IMG/VR virus record: IMGVR_UViG_3300032240_001333
Location: 17,265 to 81,264 of that record
DNA length: 64,000 nt
Strand: one strand, 5' to 3'
Source of the DNA: a virus
Part shown: one piece after another, positions 61,688 through 64,000 of the stretch
Layout: the number at the start of each line of letters is the position of its first letter
How positions within the stretch are numbered: the first letter of the stretch is position 1
Made by a program: the position numbers and the translations under genes
The notes under the pieces: model-generated
Seen by the model: only the letters and a program-made list of their open reading frames with translations
The model's database searches: none
Told to the model about the DNA's origin: nothing

Positions 61688-63652
61688 ATGTCATACTATT
61701 TAAAAGTATTAAAAGATTATCCAATAGGATTTTGGCAACTAGATGATGTTGCTGAAAATCCTTCATTTGATTTTAATGACATATTAGATAATTTTTCTAC
61801 ATATCAAGATTTGTTAGATAGATATAGTCAATATGGAAATATTAATTATTTAGCAACAGATAGTTCTGGATGTGGTAATAATGGTTTATATGTTGGCAAT
61901 TTTACTAATAGTAAACAGCATTTACCATTATCTCCAGGAGGACAATATGCTGTAGATATTACATTTGATAAAAGTATAGAATTTCCTATTTTAAATAGTT
62001 ATTATAAACAAATAGCACCTGGCGGATTTGCAACTAAGTATTATAATGATAATGACTTTACTCTAGAATGTTGGATTAATCCAGAAATTATTACAAATAA
62101 TTTAACTACAATATTTGGAGATCCAGTAAATAATATTGGTATATTTTGGCAAGATGGAAATATAATATTTAAATTAGATACAGATCAATTAGAATATACA
62201 ATTCCTTTTATAAATAAATCATTTCATATAGCATGTGTATATTCTGTATCTCAATCTTTTATTTATATAAATGGAGAACTTGTAGCAAGTAAAACTTTAT
62301 TAAATAATTTATTCACAAATAATAGCTTTTTGTTAAAATCTGGACCAACCCAAAATACAAAAGATGTATTTTTAGCAGATGATTTTGCGGTATACAGATA
62401 TTCATTATCTCAATCACAAATTTTAGAACATTATAATGATAAAGGATACACAATACCTTCTCAAATAGTAAGTCCAGATAATGGAGAAATATTTGAATTT
62501 TATGATAATAATATTAACACATCATTTAGATATTCATATCCATTAAATAAATCATGGGAATATTTTTTAAGTACTGATTTAATATATAATCAAGAAAAAG
62601 AATATATACAGATGGCACAAACAACAGAAGCAGTTGCTAAAACTGTTGTATTCAAAGATTTAATTTCAATACCAAGTGGAATTCCTATGGATTCTTCAAA
62701 AATAGAATGGTATGGTAATAATGGTATTATAGTGGAAACAAGTTTTGATGATGAAATTTATGAACAATGTGTAAATGGAGAATTTATTCCACAATATAAA
62801 TATTCTAATTTTAGTAGTCAAAGAGCTATCTGGATAAAAGTTACAATGTATTCACCAGATGCCTCTAGATATTTGCCTAGACTAGATACTTTATCTATGT
62901 ATTTTTATAACGAACAAGTAATGTATTCTAAAAATGGCATAAGCTATATATCAAAAATTGATAATTGTGATTATTATTTAGGACTTAATAAATACCCAAT
63001 AATGTCTAAAGATTTTAGAAATGGCTTATCTATACCAGAAGATTCTGGATTTAATTTAAATTTAAATAATAATATAAAAAGTATTGAATTTTTTTATACA
63101 CCATTTTTCTTATTACCATTAATTGATAGTCAAATTACAGATGTTTCAGCATCTGAAAATAGTATTATAAATGCAGAAATTAATACTAACTCAGTAATAT
63201 CAGACGTCATACCAGCGGAAACAACAATTTTATCATCTAGAGCTTATGGTTTAATTTTACAAGATTTAACTGAAACAGAATACCTTTGGGACAATGTTGG
63301 AAATATTACTAAAAATAACATTCAGTCTATATATGTAAATGGTGTGGACATGACAGCAGAAACCAATATTTTAGATATATTTGTAAGTGATAATTTACAC
63401 CATGTTGTTATTAATTTTGAAGACCCAATAACTGGTCAGGTATTAATGAATAAACCTTCAGACACAGCAATTAAAGCCCTATATCAATATATGTCTTTAT
63501 ATCAATATAACTTAGGTTTAAATACAATTAATAATCATTTTAATTTATATACTGGAAAAGAGTCATATCAAACCCTAGGAGTTACACTGGCAATGTCAGA
63601 AAACTCTGTTAACCTATATAATAATGACTGGCTTGTGATACAAAACGTATAA
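61688..63652 (+). CDS. LamG/ConA-like domain tail protein
   Basis: PIGFWQLD, FTLECWI, HIACVY, YINGE, DDFAVY. Confidence 0.8.
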   Translation: MSYYLKVLKDYPIGFWQLDDVAENPSFDFNDILDNFSTYQDLLDRYSQYGNINYLATDSSGCGNNGLYVGNFTNSKQHLPLSPGGQYAVDITFDKSIEFPILNSYYKQIAPGGFATKYYNDNDFTLECWINPEIITNNLTTIFGDPVNNIGIFWQDGNIIFKLDTDQLEYTIPFINKSFHIACVYSVSQSFIYINGELVASKTLLNNLFTNNSFLLKSGPTQNTKDVFLADDFAVYRYSLSQSQILEHYNDKGYTIPSQIVSPDNGEIFEFYDNNINTSFRYSYPLNKSWEYFLSTDLIYNQEKEYIQMAQTTEAVAKTVVFKDLISIPSGIPMDSSKIEWYGNNGIIVETSFDDEIYEQCVNGEFIPQYKYSNFSSQRAIWIKVTMYSPDASRYLPRLDTLSMYFYNEQVMYSKNGISYISKIDNCDYYLGLNKYPIMSKDFRNGLSIPEDSGFNLNLNNNIKSIEFFYTPFFLLPLIDSQITDVSASENSIINAEINTNSVISDVIPAETTILSSRAYGLILQDLTETEYLWDNVGNITKNNIQSIYVNGVDMTAETNILDIFVSDNLHHVVINFEDPITGQVLMNKPSDTAIKALYQYMSLYQYNLGLNTINNHFNLYTGKESYQTLGVTLAMSENSVNLYNNDWLVIQNV

Positions 63653-63716
63653 ATTTGTCACAATGATTGACAAAAAGATGGACTTTAACCCAAAAGAATG
63701 GTAGAATTAATACCTA

Positions 63717-64000
63717 ATGGATATTAAAAGAATAAATCAACAGGTCGTAGAAGAGACCACACTTGGAATTTATGTCTGGGAAATGCCAGATGGACGCTGG
63801 ATTGGCGACGATGATGGTAATTATTTATCTATTACTTCTAAAAAGGGAAATCGTTCTAGAATGGATGCTATTGCAAGAGAGGTAAGATCATATGGTATTT
63901 ATGAGGGGCAACCAAAATTTTTATCTGGTAGACGTAAAATTGATGATGAAGAGTTCCAATACCAAAAACAAAGACTTGAATGGGGTCTAACACCAGATCC
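63717..64000 (+). CDS. 3'-truncated hypothetical phage protein
   Basis: MDIKRIN...GIYVWEMPDGRWIGDDDGNYLSI, open to the window end. Confidence 0.7.
   Translation, partial: MDIKRINQQVVEETTLGIYVWEMPDGRWIGDDDGNYLSITSKKGNRSRMDAIAREVRSYGIYEGQPKFLSGRRKIDDEEFQYQKQRLEWGLTPD

Overview
AT-rich 64 kb segment of a large tailed dsDNA phage, most likely infecting low-GC freshwater Actinobacteria (WhiB, Lsr2-like domain, FmdB, CHAP endolysin, class II RNR). Layout: 0-23 kb (+) packaging, stress and lysis genes; about 23-34.2 kb (-) a block of small early-type genes, each with its own promoter; 34-44 kb mixed strand (glycosyltransferases, tRNAs, HNH, collagen fibre, transglycosylase); 44-64 kb (+) RNR and tail-fibre genes. 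Two candidate new systems stand out. (1) A regulatory circuit in the early block: 14 promoters TGTCRG-N10-TANNNT, a shared extended RBS AACGAAAGG, a ~130-nt small RNA carrying the exact complement of that RBS, an 8-copy fixed-spacing CAGG/TAAA/CCC/GGG element, and clustered DnaA-, CRP- and WhiA-type boxes. (2) A candidate virion modification system: two fibre plus partner gene pairs whose partners carry pure Pro/Phe/Tyr repeats (one fused to a C-terminal Hint domain) bracket six prolyl-hydroxylase-like 2OG-Fe(II) oxygenases, out of 13 in the window. All family calls come from motif recognition by eye; no database searches were run.
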